A program made the position numbers and the translations under genes. Below are positions 46,140 to 58,747 of a stretch of 64,000 nucleotides of DNA, piece after piece (position 1 is the stretch's first letter; every line of letters begins with the position of its first letter). The stretch lies in NCBI GenBank assembly GCA_002269645.1, contig NIVC01003781.1, forward strand, positions 1 to 64,000, written 5' to 3'. Under the pieces are notes generated by a model. It worked only from the letters and a program-made list of their open reading frames with translations, was not told where the DNA came from and made no database searches. The DNA comes from Macrostomum lignano (Eukaryota).

Positions 46140-49100
46140 TTACATCAGGTTGCCGCCCTTCAGGAAGCTGCGTCCGTCTGACGCCGTGGTCTGGAACTCG
46201 TTGCTGGTGTTGTTGTAGTGCACGTGCACCGGAACTGTGAAGTCCCTCTGGCTGACGGGGTCGTCCTTGCTGGGCGCGAACCCGCAGTTCCTGCCGTAGC
46301 CCGCCTGCGGCTGGAACATTTGCGGCTGCTGCTGCGGCTGCAGAGACGACGGCGGCGGCGGAGGCGGCGGAATCGGCGTCGGCGACTGCATCAGCTGCCT
46401 GCTCTGGACGTCGCGCTTGTAGCACTGCGCCGATGGCGGCAGCTGCGGCTCGACCGGCACGGTGGACTCTCGACTGGACTGGCCGAACATTTTCTCCCGG
46501 GCGCTGGTCATGGCCACCTTGGCGAAGCTGACCCTCGACTTCGACACTTCCCGATTGGCGATGTAGTAAAACTCCAGCAGGGCCATCAGCAGTGCGATGC
46601 CCAGGCCCGCCACCAGGATGTAGAACACGCCCGCCACGTTGATGACGGCCAGGGCGGACAAGCTGCCACCGCCGGAGTCGCTGATGCACTGGCCCTTCTC
46701 CACCCACCACTTCTTGTACAGCTGGTCCAGCACCTGCTTCTCCCGCAGGCGGAGCACCGCATCGTTCAGCTTCTCGCGCAGCGGCGAGCCGATGGGCGTC
46801 GCGATGCCGTAGCCTTTGTCACCGTGAGGCTGCCCGACCATCATGGTGTCACAGGGCTCCAGGTTGTTGTGGTACTCGTTGGTTTTCGACTCCAGCAAGA
46901 AGGCGTATTTACCCTTCGACTCGCGCACCTTGCGCACTCCTTCGTCGGTCGAGTTGACGTACACCTGATGCTTGAACTCCTCCATCTTCTCCCCGATCTG
47001 CTTGTACGGCTTCATGTTGGTGGTGGTGAAGAAGGCCTTGGTGGACCCGGCATCCAGGGTGCCGGGAAGGATGCCGTTCTTGCCCATGGCCAGCTCCTCC
47101 CAATTGCTGATGGGCGTCTTGAGCAGCTCCACGGTGAGGAAGGCGGCCAGCGTGGCCGTGTAGTACGCGATCATGATCAGCGTGAAGAACCACCACACGC
47201 TGGCCACCATCCTGGCGCCGGAGCTCTTCGGCGACAGATCGACGCCTTGATTGACGAAAGCGGCGAAGGAGAACCACATGGAGTTGAGCAGGGAGAAGTT
47301 GCGACTCACCTTCTGCGTTGGCGGAGACTCTTCGTCGAGCTCCACCTGCCACTCCAGCGGGGAGATGCGGGCACACAGGTACAGGCCCAGGCTGACGCCC
47401 ACGCAGCCAGCCACGATGTAGATCCAGACCTCCTGGGACAGCGGCCGCAGGAAGCTGAACGTGCCCGGCTTTTCCTTCTTCGGCTTCTTGATCATGATCG
47501 AGATGCCGAAGGTGAGGAACGGCTCCGTGAAGTGCACGAACTCGGCTCGCTCCGGGCTGATTGTGAGAGAAGCCACGGCGATGTCGGCCTGGTTGCTGAG
47601 CAGCTCACCGATCATGCCGTTCCACTTGACCGGATCTTCCGACACCTTCGCTCCGAACTTCTTGTCGTGCACAATGTGGATGCTGTACTTGATGCCCAGC
47701 TGCTCGGCAATCATGTCGAACATCTCGATGCAGAAGCCCTCAAAGCGGTCGTTGCCAGTCGGCTCGGGCTCGCCGGGCTTCGGCACCACCAGGTTCACGA
47801 ACGGCGGGGTCTCGATGGTGACGACGCGGATCATTGTGGTGTCGTTTTTCATCGAGCTGGTGTGGTTCGTCGCATTGGCGTATGTGTACAGCTTCTCGAG
47901 GCCGCTGTGCGTGTGCCAGTATCCGACTGGCCAGAATCTGGACCGCTTGAGCTCCATCACGTCGATGGTGAAGTTGGAGCGGAAGCCGTTCGAGTCGAAG
48001 GCGACGCTGCCGCTGTAGCCGTCGAACCGCGTGGCCGTCATCTCCTTCATCAGCAGCTCACCAACGTGGGACGTCTTGTAGGTCTGCGAGCTGCCCAGGT
48101 TGTGGTAGGCGTAGACATTCGGGTTGCGCAGCCGGTGGCTCGCGATGGCCGAGGGCGCGGAGTCGTCCTTCACGACACAGTCGGTTCGGTTGGCCGGGTT
48201 CCTCATGGCGGCCAGGGAGTCCAGCAGCTGCCGCCGCGTGTCCGGCTTCGACAGCAGGCTGTCGAGGGCCCTGGTGAAGACCTCGACCCCGTCCATGAGG
48301 AGCGCGATCTCGTACAGGGGATACCCGATCGGCCCCGAGCAGATGAGCCTCTTCTGAATGCACAGGTCTTCCCAGCGCATCTTCAGGTCTTTCACCTTGA
48401 GATTTTTGTAGTCCAGAAGCTGGAAACCCGTGAGGTTCACTCCGCTGTGCTTTAGGCCTTCTGTGTCGATATCCGTGACCGACATGCCAGTTGCGAGGTA
48501 GTGGTACTCCCGCCGGTTCATGCCCATCTCGCGGATCTGCGGCAGAAAGTCTGAGATGACCTCCGGCGGGTCCAGGTCGATGACCACGTGCTTCCTGGAC
48601 TGCGACTTGAGCAGGCTGTCCAGCCGGGCCAGCTCCGGGTAGGCCACGTGGGTGTTGGCAACGTAGATCAGCTGCACGTTCAGGTCCCTGTAGAAGTGGT
48701 CGCGCTGGTAGATTCTCACAGTTTCTTGGAAGCGGTGCAGCCCCTCGTGACTGTTGACCACGTAGGCGAAGGTGGTCCACTGGTACATCTCCAAGACTTC
48801 GATGATGGCCTTGCCGTGGCGCGGTCGAATATTCAGCACGTAGTCTTGCGACTTCGGGTTCTCCGCCTTCACAATGCCAGGCGTGATGTACGGCACGTGG
48901 AACATGGAGACCAGGTTCTGGATGCTGTCCACCGTGAAGGCGTTCGTAGAGCCGAATATGGCAAAGGCGCCCCACGGGAAGAGCTGGTGGCAGATGCTCT
49001 GCTGCACGCTGTGCGAGCTGTTCACGTTGGTCATGGTGTAGTTAACCTTGAGCTTGAACCTGCTCTTGTCCACCATCTGCAGCGCCAGGAAGAAGGCGTT

Positions 49101-49219
49101 CTTCAGTTCGATTTGGTTCGAGTCGAAAATCGCTCCGATGGGGATCTCCGGGACCGCGGAGCCCCGGCCAGCAGGCAGCAGGCCGAGACCAGGGCGAACA
49201 GCAGGCAGCCGGCTGCCAT
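46140..49219 (-). CDS. GRIA: Intronless ionotropic glutamate receptor, AMPA-like (about 1026 aa if a 1-nt deletion near 49162-49165 is corrected; 978-aa ORF from 49076)
   Basis: ATD (IGAIF), S1 (WNGMIGEL, LTISPER), M1-M4 with AMPA-like NVAGVFYILVAGLG, S2 (GSTK, LLES, KGYGIA). The signal-peptide ORF from ATG 49219 is one base out of frame. Confidence 0.93.
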
Positions 49220-51179
49220 GTCTCCCTCGCGCTCTCGCACTGCTTGGCCGCCGCGCCCTGGGCCGCCGGCCTCTTGTAGCAGCGGCCGCAGCCAGTCAGA
49301 GCCACAGCCGACGCCTGGCCCTGGTTGGACGGGCCTGCCTGTGCGGTGCTCAGCTCAGATGAATCCACGTCCTCCCGATGCCTCTCCCTCCGCTTTCTCT
49401 CTCATGGCCCTCTTCGAGCCCGCAGTGTGAGCAGCGGCTCTCGCCTATACTTGAAAGATGGGAGAGAGGCGAGCGGCCGTCTCCAAGCTGCGTCAGAAGG
49501 GGAGAACGGGGCAGGCAGTTGGCCCATCTGAAATCCCATTTGCTGAAAATAACCGGCTGACCATTAGAAAAAAGTGAGCAAAAAGGCGGGTCCGCCGCCA
49601 GTTCTAAGAAGCCGCCCGCAGCTGCGGCTAGTGGGACTCCCAGCCGCGAGAAATTCAATTACATATGCACGGCGGCTCCGCAGTCATAAGCCGAGCCCGG
49701 CGACACTTCAAGACTCTGCGGCGGGGCCAGTCGAGGACTTTCTCCTTCCCCCGCTCCTCCGAGGCTTGCCAGGACCGGCTGCAAACAGCCGCGCCGGAGT
49801 TAATATCGGCGGGGCTGGGAAAATGGTGGAAAATAAGGGGCGGGGCCTGGCTGGAGCCCAAGCTGGAAAAGTGACCCCCTCCACAGCGGAAGTCGGCGAA
49901 TTCGGCTCGCTTAGCAGCAACTTTGCTTGCACTTTTGCTTCCGCAGTGTGCCGTCATAAAACTGAGAATTAAAGTCACAGACGGTGGCCCGCGGCGCTCC
50001 CCGCATCTCGGGCGGGTCAGTTTTATCCCAGTGACTCACTGCGCAGTTGCAGAATCCCCGAGTCTCCAAGGATTTCCCAGCCTCAATAATGCTGACTCGG
50101 AATCACCACCCCCGCTGCGGAGCCGTTCCGGATGCGGCTTGGCGGCCGGCAGCCATTCGCGGTTCGAGTCCGCACTCTGAAACATCCCTGCTGCGCAGAA
50201 ATTCGGCCGCCTTTGTTCCGCCGGCATTCCCTCAGGACCGACTGCCAGCTCTGGCGGTCCGGCGGGCGCCGTGAATTATTGAACAGTCGATCTGCCAGGA
50301 TTGATGTCAGGCCGCAATAAATCAAACCGATGCCGCCGCCGCCGCAGCCGTGGCCTCCCTCACCCCGTCGGCGTCCTCTCGGGACGGCGCTCACCTCGGC
50401 CGTAATTCAATTAACAGCCTCGAGGCGACCCGGCATCGCACCGGGTCTCCGCATTAGCGCGCGCGCAGGGGCTTCTCTCGCTTTGCGTCTTCCCCTCTTG
50501 CACTCGTTTCCCTTCTCTTTCTGCCGTGCCACGCAGTGCTCTGCCGGAGTAATGGCATCTCCCGAGCCCGGCTGGGGAAAATGGCCCTGGCTGAGTTTCT
50601 TGAGAGCGAGAGAGTTCTCAACCAGGGCATTTAGCGCCTACTTTGCCGGACAAGGTCCCGCTCCCAAGCTGCGGCCGGCCAAATGAAGGCCGCCTCCGGG
50701 TCCGCTAATGAGTCCGCTGCAGCCGCGGCCCGCCCCCGACGTCGTCTCCGACAGCCAGCGACAAAATCAATGTCGTCACGGGGAGCGACTAATTGAGGTC
50801 GGCGACCCCCCCCCCCCCGTGGCTGCTCCACCAGCCGCCACCCCCAAGCTTGGTCTACAGCGCTCTCCCACTGTGCTTTCAGGGACCGCTGGCTGGGTGA
50901 TGCACTGATTAGCAGAGCACTGCCCGCTTCCCATCCGAAATCTGAGCAGCGCAATCGGAATTGAGGGTGCAAAACCAGTTGCTCAGATCGAAGCTTTGGA
51001 AAGCCGACCAACTTCAGGCTAGACTTCGACCTTCTGTGTCTCTGGACTTAAAACATGGCTCGCTAGGACCATGCCTGACTCTGCTACACTTTGGGACCGT
51101 ATCTGACCGTCCGAGACCACATCTGACTCTGAAACCATATCTGAGTATCTGAGGTTATATCTGACAATTTTATAACATA

Positions 51180-51470
51180 TCCGACACTCGAGGACCAAAT
51201 CTGACACTCGAGGACCAAATCTGACACTCGAGGACCAAATCTGACACTCGAGGACCAAATCTGACACTCGAGGACCAAATCTGACACTCGAGGACCAAAT
51301 CTGACACTCGAGGACCAAATCTGGCACTCGAGGACCAAATCTGACACTCGAGGACCAAATCTGACACTCGAGGACCAAATCTGACGCTCGAGGACCAAAT
51401 CTGACACTCGAGGACCAAATCTGACACTCGAGGACCAAATCTGACATTCGAGGACCAAATCTGACACTCT
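51180..51470. repeat. 20-bp minisatellite (CTGACACTCGAGGACCAAAT)
   Basis: About 14 tandem units. Confidence 0.95.
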
Positions 51471-51489
51471 AGAATCAAATTTGACTCTC

Positions 51490-52037
51490 TGAAACCATAT
51501 CTAACCTTCTGAGACCATATCTAACATTCTGAGACCATATCTAACCTTCTGAGACCATATCTAACCTTCTGAGACCATATCTAACATTCTGAGACCATAT
51601 CTAACATTCTGAGACCATATCTAACCTTCTGAGACCATATCTAACCTTCTGAGACCATATCTAACCTTCTGAGACCATATCTAACATTCTGAGACCATAT
51701 CTAACCTTCTGAGACCATATCTAACATTCTGAGACCATATCTAACCTTCTGAGACCATATCTAACCTTCTGAGACCATATCTAACATTCTGAGACCATAT
51801 CTAACATTCTGAGACCATATCTAACCTTCTGAGACCATATCTAACCTTCTGAGACCATATCTAACCTTCTGAGACCATATCTAACATTCTGAGACCATAT
51901 CTAACCTTCTGAGACCATATCTAACATTCTGAGACCATATCTAACCTTCTGAGACCATATCTAACCTTCTGAGACCATATCTAACATTCTGAGACCATAT
52001 CTAACCTTCTGAGACCATATCTAACATTCTGAGACCA
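51490..52037. repeat. 20-bp minisatellite (CTAAC(C/A)TTCTGAGACCATAT)
   Basis: About 27 tandem units with a binary C/A variant. Confidence 0.96.
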
Positions 52038-52704
52038 TTTCTAGCTCAAGCAAGCATCGAGTCTGCAGCCTCCCGAACGACAAAGTTCAGTTAGTCTTTC
52101 CAGTCAGCCCGCGAATTATTAGAGAAGTTTCTCAAGTTCCAACTGGGACTCTCCAGGCTCCAGGCTCTCCATCCCACATTCGCCCTCCCATAGGGGCTCC
52201 CGGAACGCTCGAGTTCTCCCCCTAATCAAGTGGGATTAATTCGATTTCGCAGCTGCCAGGCTGCATCATCGGGCTGCAGGCGGCAGCAATAAGTGATGCA
52301 ATTAAATAAACAATCATGACACCGCACCGACTGCCCCGGGCCCTCGGTGCCGCTGCTTCTCTCAGCATCCGCTCTGCCCTCAGCTGCTCCCAGTGCCTGC
52401 AGCCCCCTGCACCCTCTGCAAACAAGGCCGACTCAAGCAGCAGTGGGGTCAATGACTGCCCAGATTCAGCCGTGCTCAGCCAGCAGTCTCCAATCAGGCT
52501 GGTCGATGCGGAGCTGCCAGAGCCGACTCAAGCATTTGGCTGCTCAGCAATTGACCGGCCTGGCTGGGTGAGATTGGGCTGTCGAGACTTCGGTTGCTCG
52601 CGTTTAATACGGCAGGTAAATTCACTTCCATCATCTCTAAAGACTGCCCATCGCAGTGAGGGAGTAGCAATTGTCAAGCCTGCAGTTCATCATGTTGTGA
52701 TTGG

Positions 52705-53062
52705 CATGACTATTCTCATTCAGGCATGACCATTCTCAGGCAGGCCATGACCATTCTCAGGCAGGCATGACCATTCTCAGGCAGGCCATGACCATTCTCA
52801 GGCAGACATGGCCATTCTCAGGCAGGCATGACCATTATCAGGCAGGCATGACCATTCTCAGGCAGGCATGACCATTCTCAGGCAGGCATGATCATCCTCT
52901 GGCAGGCATGACCATTCTCAGGCAGGCATGATCATCCTCTGGCAGGCATGACCATTCTCAGGCAGGCATGACCATTTGCATTCAGACATGACCATTCGAT
53001 TTCAGGCATGACCATTCTCATTCAGGCATGACCATTCTCATTCAGGCATGACCATTCTCAGG
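52705..53062. repeat. 20-bp minisatellite (GGCAGGCATGACCATTCTCA)
   Basis: Tandem periodicity. Confidence 0.92.
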
Positions 53063-53941
53063 CTTCAACCGGGTTTGAACCAATTGTAAATTGACTTGAG
53101 CAATCTTGGCAGAGCTCCAGGAGCGGTCACGTGAACCAGCCCGAAATGCCAGAGACTTCAGTCGGGCATGAGCCGGGGACACACGGTTGGAGAGATGGAG
53201 AGTTTTGTTAAAATGATTTGATTGCCAAAAAAACATTCCCTCGCAGTGAACGGCCGGTGCCTCTGCTGTCTCTCTGAGGCCGTCAGACCTCAATTTGGAT
53301 GATGGAGGGCGGGGCTGAGCAGCGGGCCGGGTGCTCACCACGCATTGGGGACTCAGCTCAGATTGAATGGACGGCAGCGATGCTTTCTCTCTGCATTTCC
53401 TGTCAATTTATCAATTGAAGCGCACGGCTCTCACTCAGGGCGCATCCACTCCAGCTCGGCAGCTGGTTCGGTGGGCGTGCAGACTTTTTTGGAAGGTCTA
53501 CTCAACTCAGAGGGCCTGTGTTCCTACCTCTAGAGCTTTGGATACGACATGGCCAAGCAAGCTTATCAGAGTTCGAATAAACACTTGGGCAGACGCGGGT
53601 TCATTTTCTTTGGCAAATTTGAGCCCATTTAAAAGCTTATTTTTGCCGAGAGTACACAGACAGATCCCGCCGCCTCAGCCCATCCACCGCCTGCCCCTTG
53701 CCGGCGCGCTCTCCCATGAAGTAAAACAAATTAACTTGCAAAGTCCGGCCGCAATTGCGAGGAAAAGTGCAGGGGGTGCGGCAGAGGCCGGGCGAACCCG
53801 ATCTGTGCTCAGATGAAATATAAGCCTACTTTAAGGCTTTCCCATTGCATTTGGTTGGGGAGGGGGGTGGCGGTCAGATCCCATCGGCTCGACCTCCCCG
53901 ATCCCACACGCGGGCCGGAAAACGAGACAGAAAGACGAGAG

Positions 53942-53943
<2 letters not shown>

Positions 53944-54011
<68 letters not shown>
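53944..54011. repeat. (GA)n microsatellite
   Basis: Direct reading. Confidence 0.97.
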
Positions 54012-54014
<3 letters not shown>

Positions 54015-54220
54015 GTCCGAGGAGGTCAAGATGAGACCGGCTGAGCGGAGGGCGCAGTGCAGCAGTACAGAGTTATCAATGATGCATGCGGTGCCGGCAC
54101 AATACAGTCTGTACGCTTGCCCGCTAATGGGTCTGTTTGCCCAGCTCGGCTAGCCTGAGCCCGAGTCTTACCAATATCTGAAGTGATGCAGCTGCTTGTT
54201 GATGAGTGACATTGCTGCTA

Positions 54221-54480
54221 TGCGTCGGACTCTCGAATGAAAGGTCGGGGGTTCGATTCTCGAGAGCAACACACTTAACCCTTGCATTGCGTCAGTTCAC
54301 CCAGCTGTAAAATGGGTGCCAGCTTTAGCTGGGATGATTGAGGGTGTGTGTGGCCACCCCCAGTCCTTGGACTGAACAGCCGTACGCAACCTTCAGATGC
54401 GCCGCGCAAAAGCTGCGACTGAGCTGTCGGTTGCACACCTGGCCGTTAGACTGGTGTAATCAATTATTAGTATTATTATT
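54221..54480 (+). mobile_element. tRNA-derived SINE copy with an internal deletion
   Basis: B box GGTTCGATTCT, body and tail as in the other copies. Confidence 0.85.
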
Positions 54481-54544
54481 ATGCGGTTAAAGAGTGTGAA
54501 ATTAGTGTGGGGGTAGAGAGTGAAATTCGCCAATTATCAGAGGG

Positions 54545-54815
54545 TGCCATTGTCATGTGATCAGAGAGTGACATATTCATGCAGTCAGAGAGTGACATTG
54601 TCATGTGATCAGAGAGTGACATATTCATGCAGTCAGAGAGTGACATTGTCATGTGATCAGAGAGTGACATATTCATGCAGTCAGAGAGTGACATTGTCAT
54701 GTGATCAGAGAGTGACATATTCATGCAGTCAGAGAGTGACATATTCATGCAGTCAGAGAGTGACATATCCATGCAGTCAGAGAGTGACATTGTCATGTGA
54801 TCAGAGAGTGACATA
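54545..54815. repeat. 24-bp minisatellite with two alternating unit types
   Basis: TCAGAGAGTGACAT core with TGTCATGTGA or ATTCATGCAG. Confidence 0.92.
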
Positions 54816-55482
54816 GCTGCTTATTGCGTCTTGCAGAGAAGGCCCCCGAAACCGGGGCATTGCCGTGCACAGCTCGCTGCTTGCGTGCAGTTTTTCGTCC
54901 GGGTGCAGACAGGGGGAGACTGGGCGAATGAAAAGCCGAGACAGAAACTGTGGTCGGGATTCCAGCAAACCGGAGCCTCCCGTGGCGACTGGACAATGAA
55001 TAATTAATAAATCATTTCAGCGAAGCACCGCGCAGAGAAGCAGAGGATGAAGAATCTGCTTTTGCTTTTGAGTGCCGGCCTGCTTGCTTGTCCGCGCTCC
55101 CGTTACAAAAACTTTGCGTGGGAGTCCGGCGGGGGCTGCAATGGGAGGCTGAGACTCTGGGATGCCGGACGGGACGAAGGGAATGGCGATTTTTCCCATT
55201 TGAGGAATGAATTTCGGCGGGCAGCTCTGGCGCAGGCTGGGGTTACAAAAACTCGAACTGACAATGGCCTCACTAACCCTGTGTCCGGTGGGGAATCCAG
55301 GCCCGGCCCTCACCTGAGGGAATTTCGATCTGCTGCCAGAGTTCATTAGAGGTAAAAGCCGCCGTTTGATGGCGAGTTTGGAAAATTGGCTGGCGGTGAC
55401 GAATCGCGCCAGGCCGCCAGCTCGGCCAGCGCGGCGCTGACGTGCGATGGAAGGCGCGGTTGATGAGCTGAGAATCGCCTTT

Positions 55483-55835
55483 AACCCGACTTCCGCTTGG
55501 CGCCTCTCTCCCGACTTCCGCTTGGCGCCTCTCTCCCGACTTCCGCTTGGCGCCTCTCTCCCGACTTCCGCTTGGCGCCTCTCTCCCGACTTCCGCTTGG
55601 CGCCTCTCTCCCGACTTCCGCTTGGCGCCTCTCTCCCGACTTCCGCTTGGCGCCTCTCTAGGATTTCCGCTTGGCGCGCCTCTCCCCCGATTTCACTTGG
55701 CGCCTCTCTCCCGATTCCACTTGGCGCCTCTCTCCCGATTTCATTTGGCGCCTCTCTCCCGATTTCACTTGGCGCCTCTCTCCGATTCCACTCTCTCCGA
55801 TTCTGAAATCCTTCCAGATTTCCACTTGGCGCCTT
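55483..55835. repeat. 24/25-bp minisatellite (CCGACTTCCGCTTGGCGCCTCTCTC)
   Basis: Tandem periodicity, degenerating to the right. Confidence 0.9.
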
Positions 55836-57227
55836 TCCAGGCCAGAAGAATGAAGACTAGAAAACTGAAACTGAACGCGGCGCCCCAGTTAGGTGTTGAA
55901 TTCCCACCCGAGTAAGAAATCGGACACCCGAAAGCCTCATTCTGAGCTGGTCTTTAAGCTTCATTTTACCTCTCAGCACCTCTCGAAATTCCCACAGATT
56001 TCATCTCAGCATCGCTGGCGGCAGTTATTGATGGAGAACGGCCTCCGCAAGCCGCAGAAATGCTGTCGAATTGCTTGGCTGGCACTTCACAGCTGGCTGA
56101 CATCTCTATCCGACCATTCGCGCATCTGCAGACTCGGTGAGCGAGCGGCAGGGAAGCCGGACAACAGGCGGGGGAGCCGTGGGCCTCATTTGCACCTCAG
56201 GCTGACAGGCTTCAATGGGAAGGCCGCACAAGCGCGCACTGGCACTGCAGAGCCGGTTCGTTTGCCACTGCATGTGGCGGCGTTTCAGCACTTGAGTGCC
56301 ATACTCAAACCCATCTTGCTTTCATTTAGACCGTGCCAGAAGTGCGCGCTTATGATAGATGGCATCCCGTTTCAATAAAAACAATGCGCCGCAGAAGCAG
56401 GCAATAACGGACCAGCAGCGGCAGCAGCAGCTGGGGCTGAGGCAGGCAGGAGTCGGTGGCCGCTCGGAGAGCACAAATTTGCATGCAAATTCCTGCTGGG
56501 GGGGGCGGCGCCAATTTGTGCGGAGGCCCGGTTGCCGGGCTGGATGAGGCGGAGGCTGGGCTTTAATTACACAGAAAGGATAAGCAATCAGACTGCTGGC
56601 CTGGGGAGGAGGCGCCAGCTGCCCGTACGCGCCGCAATTTGCTGGCGCCCGGCAGGAGGAAAACACGGGGGCAGCGCCTGTCCCCGCGCCGCTTATGGCT
56701 GTGGATAAGAAAACTAAAGAGCATTTGCAAATGAGATCAGCGGGGGGTCCGCTCGAATCTCCCGCTCCCCAGGCTGCCCCCCTCCGCCCTCCCCGCCGAT
56801 ATTCGGCCGGCCATGACGGATGGCCTGGCGGCCCACAGCGCTGCTCATCTATCACACTGGGGCTCTGGCTGCATGCTCCAATTATGCCTGACAATTTCAA
56901 CTTGTGGGACCAGCCCCCCGGCTCTGTATTCCCATCCTGCTCCCCGCCTCCCTCACGGAAGATCCTCCTCGCCCCGACAACCCCCGCCTCAGCTTCGGCT
57001 GCCCGAGCCCGGGAAAGCTGCTGCGATGCCGGGCCGCCGATAAACGGCCGGCTTCCTCCCCAGCCCGCTCTGGGATAATAATGCATTGCATATTGGCCCG
57101 GATTATCCCGGCCAGCCCAAGCGGGTGACACACTTTCACCAGCAGAGCTCAGTAGCTGCTGCTCGCCTTTATTGCATCCCCCTCTCTATCAGTGCCCGAT
57201 TTCTCCCATCGAATTTGCTGACTTCCC

Positions 57228-58020
57228 CTGTCTCTATCCACCCTGTCTCTATCCACCCCTGTCTCTATCCACCCCTGTCTCTATCCACCCTGTCTCTATC
57301 CACCCCTGTCTCTATCCACCCCTGTCTCTATCCACCCCTGTCTCTATCCACCCCTGTCTCTATCCACCCCTGTCTCTATCCACCCCTGTCTCTATCCACC
57401 CCTGTCTCTATCCACCCCTGTCTCTATCCACCCCTGTCTCTATCCACCCCTGTCTCTATCCACCCCTGTCTCTCTATCCACCCCTGTCTCTATCCACCCC
57501 TGTCTCTATCCACCCCTGTCTCTATCCACCCCTGTCTCTATCCACCCCTGTCTCTCTATCCACCCCTGTCTCTATCCACCCCTGTCTCTATCCACCCCTG
57601 TCTCTATCCACCCCTGTCTCTATCCACCCCTGTCTCTATCCACCCCTGTCTCTATCCACCCCTGTCTCTATCCACCCCTGTCTCTATCCACCCCTGTCTC
57701 TATCCACCCCTGTCTCTATCCACCCCTGTCTCTATCCACCCCTGTCTCTATCCACCCCTGTCTCTCTATCCACCCCTGTCTCTATCCACCCCTGTCTCTA
57801 TCCACCCCTGTCTCTATCCACCCCTGTCTCTATCCACCCCTGTCTCTATCCACCCCTGTCTCTCTATCCACCCCTGTCTCTATCCACCCCTGTCTCTATC
57901 CACCCCTGTCTCTATCCACCCCTGTCTCTATCCACCCCTGTCTCTATCCACCCCTGTCTCTATCCACCCCTGTCTCTATCCACCCCTGTCTCTATCCACC
58001 CCTGTCTCTATCCCCCCGTC
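57228..58020. repeat. 16-bp minisatellite (CCACCCCTGTCTCTAT)
   Basis: About 49 units. Confidence 0.96.
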
Positions 58021-58747
58021 TCTAATCCACAGGTCCCTGCACTCTCACCCTTTTCCATCTCTTTATTTCATCATCTGATCTCTCATATCGGACCTGTCAC
58101 CCATCCCATTCCTCACATCCCTTCCCCCTTCTGTCCGTCAGCCATCGCCACTTCTATCCCCAAGGAAACTGGACCGCTTGCATCTCGCGGAAGTCCTTCA
58201 AAATCGGCACTAGAAGCCATCCGAGCCCCCGGCCGCCGCAACAACAAATACAGATCGAACTCGGCCGGGCTTCCGGTCCGCCCGACTCGAACTCAGGGAC
58301 CTGAGAATGAAAGAAGAAATTAGGCCCTGACTGACAGGGGGGCGCAGCGGTGCTGAAATGCGATTTGAGCTGGGAGAAAAAGATGGAGACTGTGGGGAGC
58401 TGTAACTGGGGCCCCGGCGACTCCCACGGGGGCCGATAACGAGCGGCATTGTGGATGAGGCGGAGCCGCCTTCCTTGGCAACCGCGGCTCTGCACAGCCA
58501 GCCTTCTTCATCCTATCTGCTTCATTCCTCCAATTCGCCTTGGGGAAAACTGCGCTAGGAAAGTCTTTAAAAATCTCCCATCCTCTTATCTCACTCTTTG
58601 AGTCCCAGCAGGAATGATCAAATTTATCCCGGCCGTGAAATTGCGTTACTGGGGGCGGGGGAGCGGACAGGCGGCCGAGGCTTCCGGCCAACCCAGCTTC
58701 ACTGATCGACAGCTCGGGCAGAGGGCGTGCGCGGGAGATTGGGAGAC

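Noticed and set aside
46218-48455. 745-aa plus-strand ORF and other overlapping ORFs
   Set aside because: Antisense shadow of the iGluR caused by extreme GC3.
49220-57140. Many 60-270-aa ORFs in GC-rich islands
   Set aside because: No codon bias pattern or motifs; consistent with CpG-island-like regulatory or UTR DNA.
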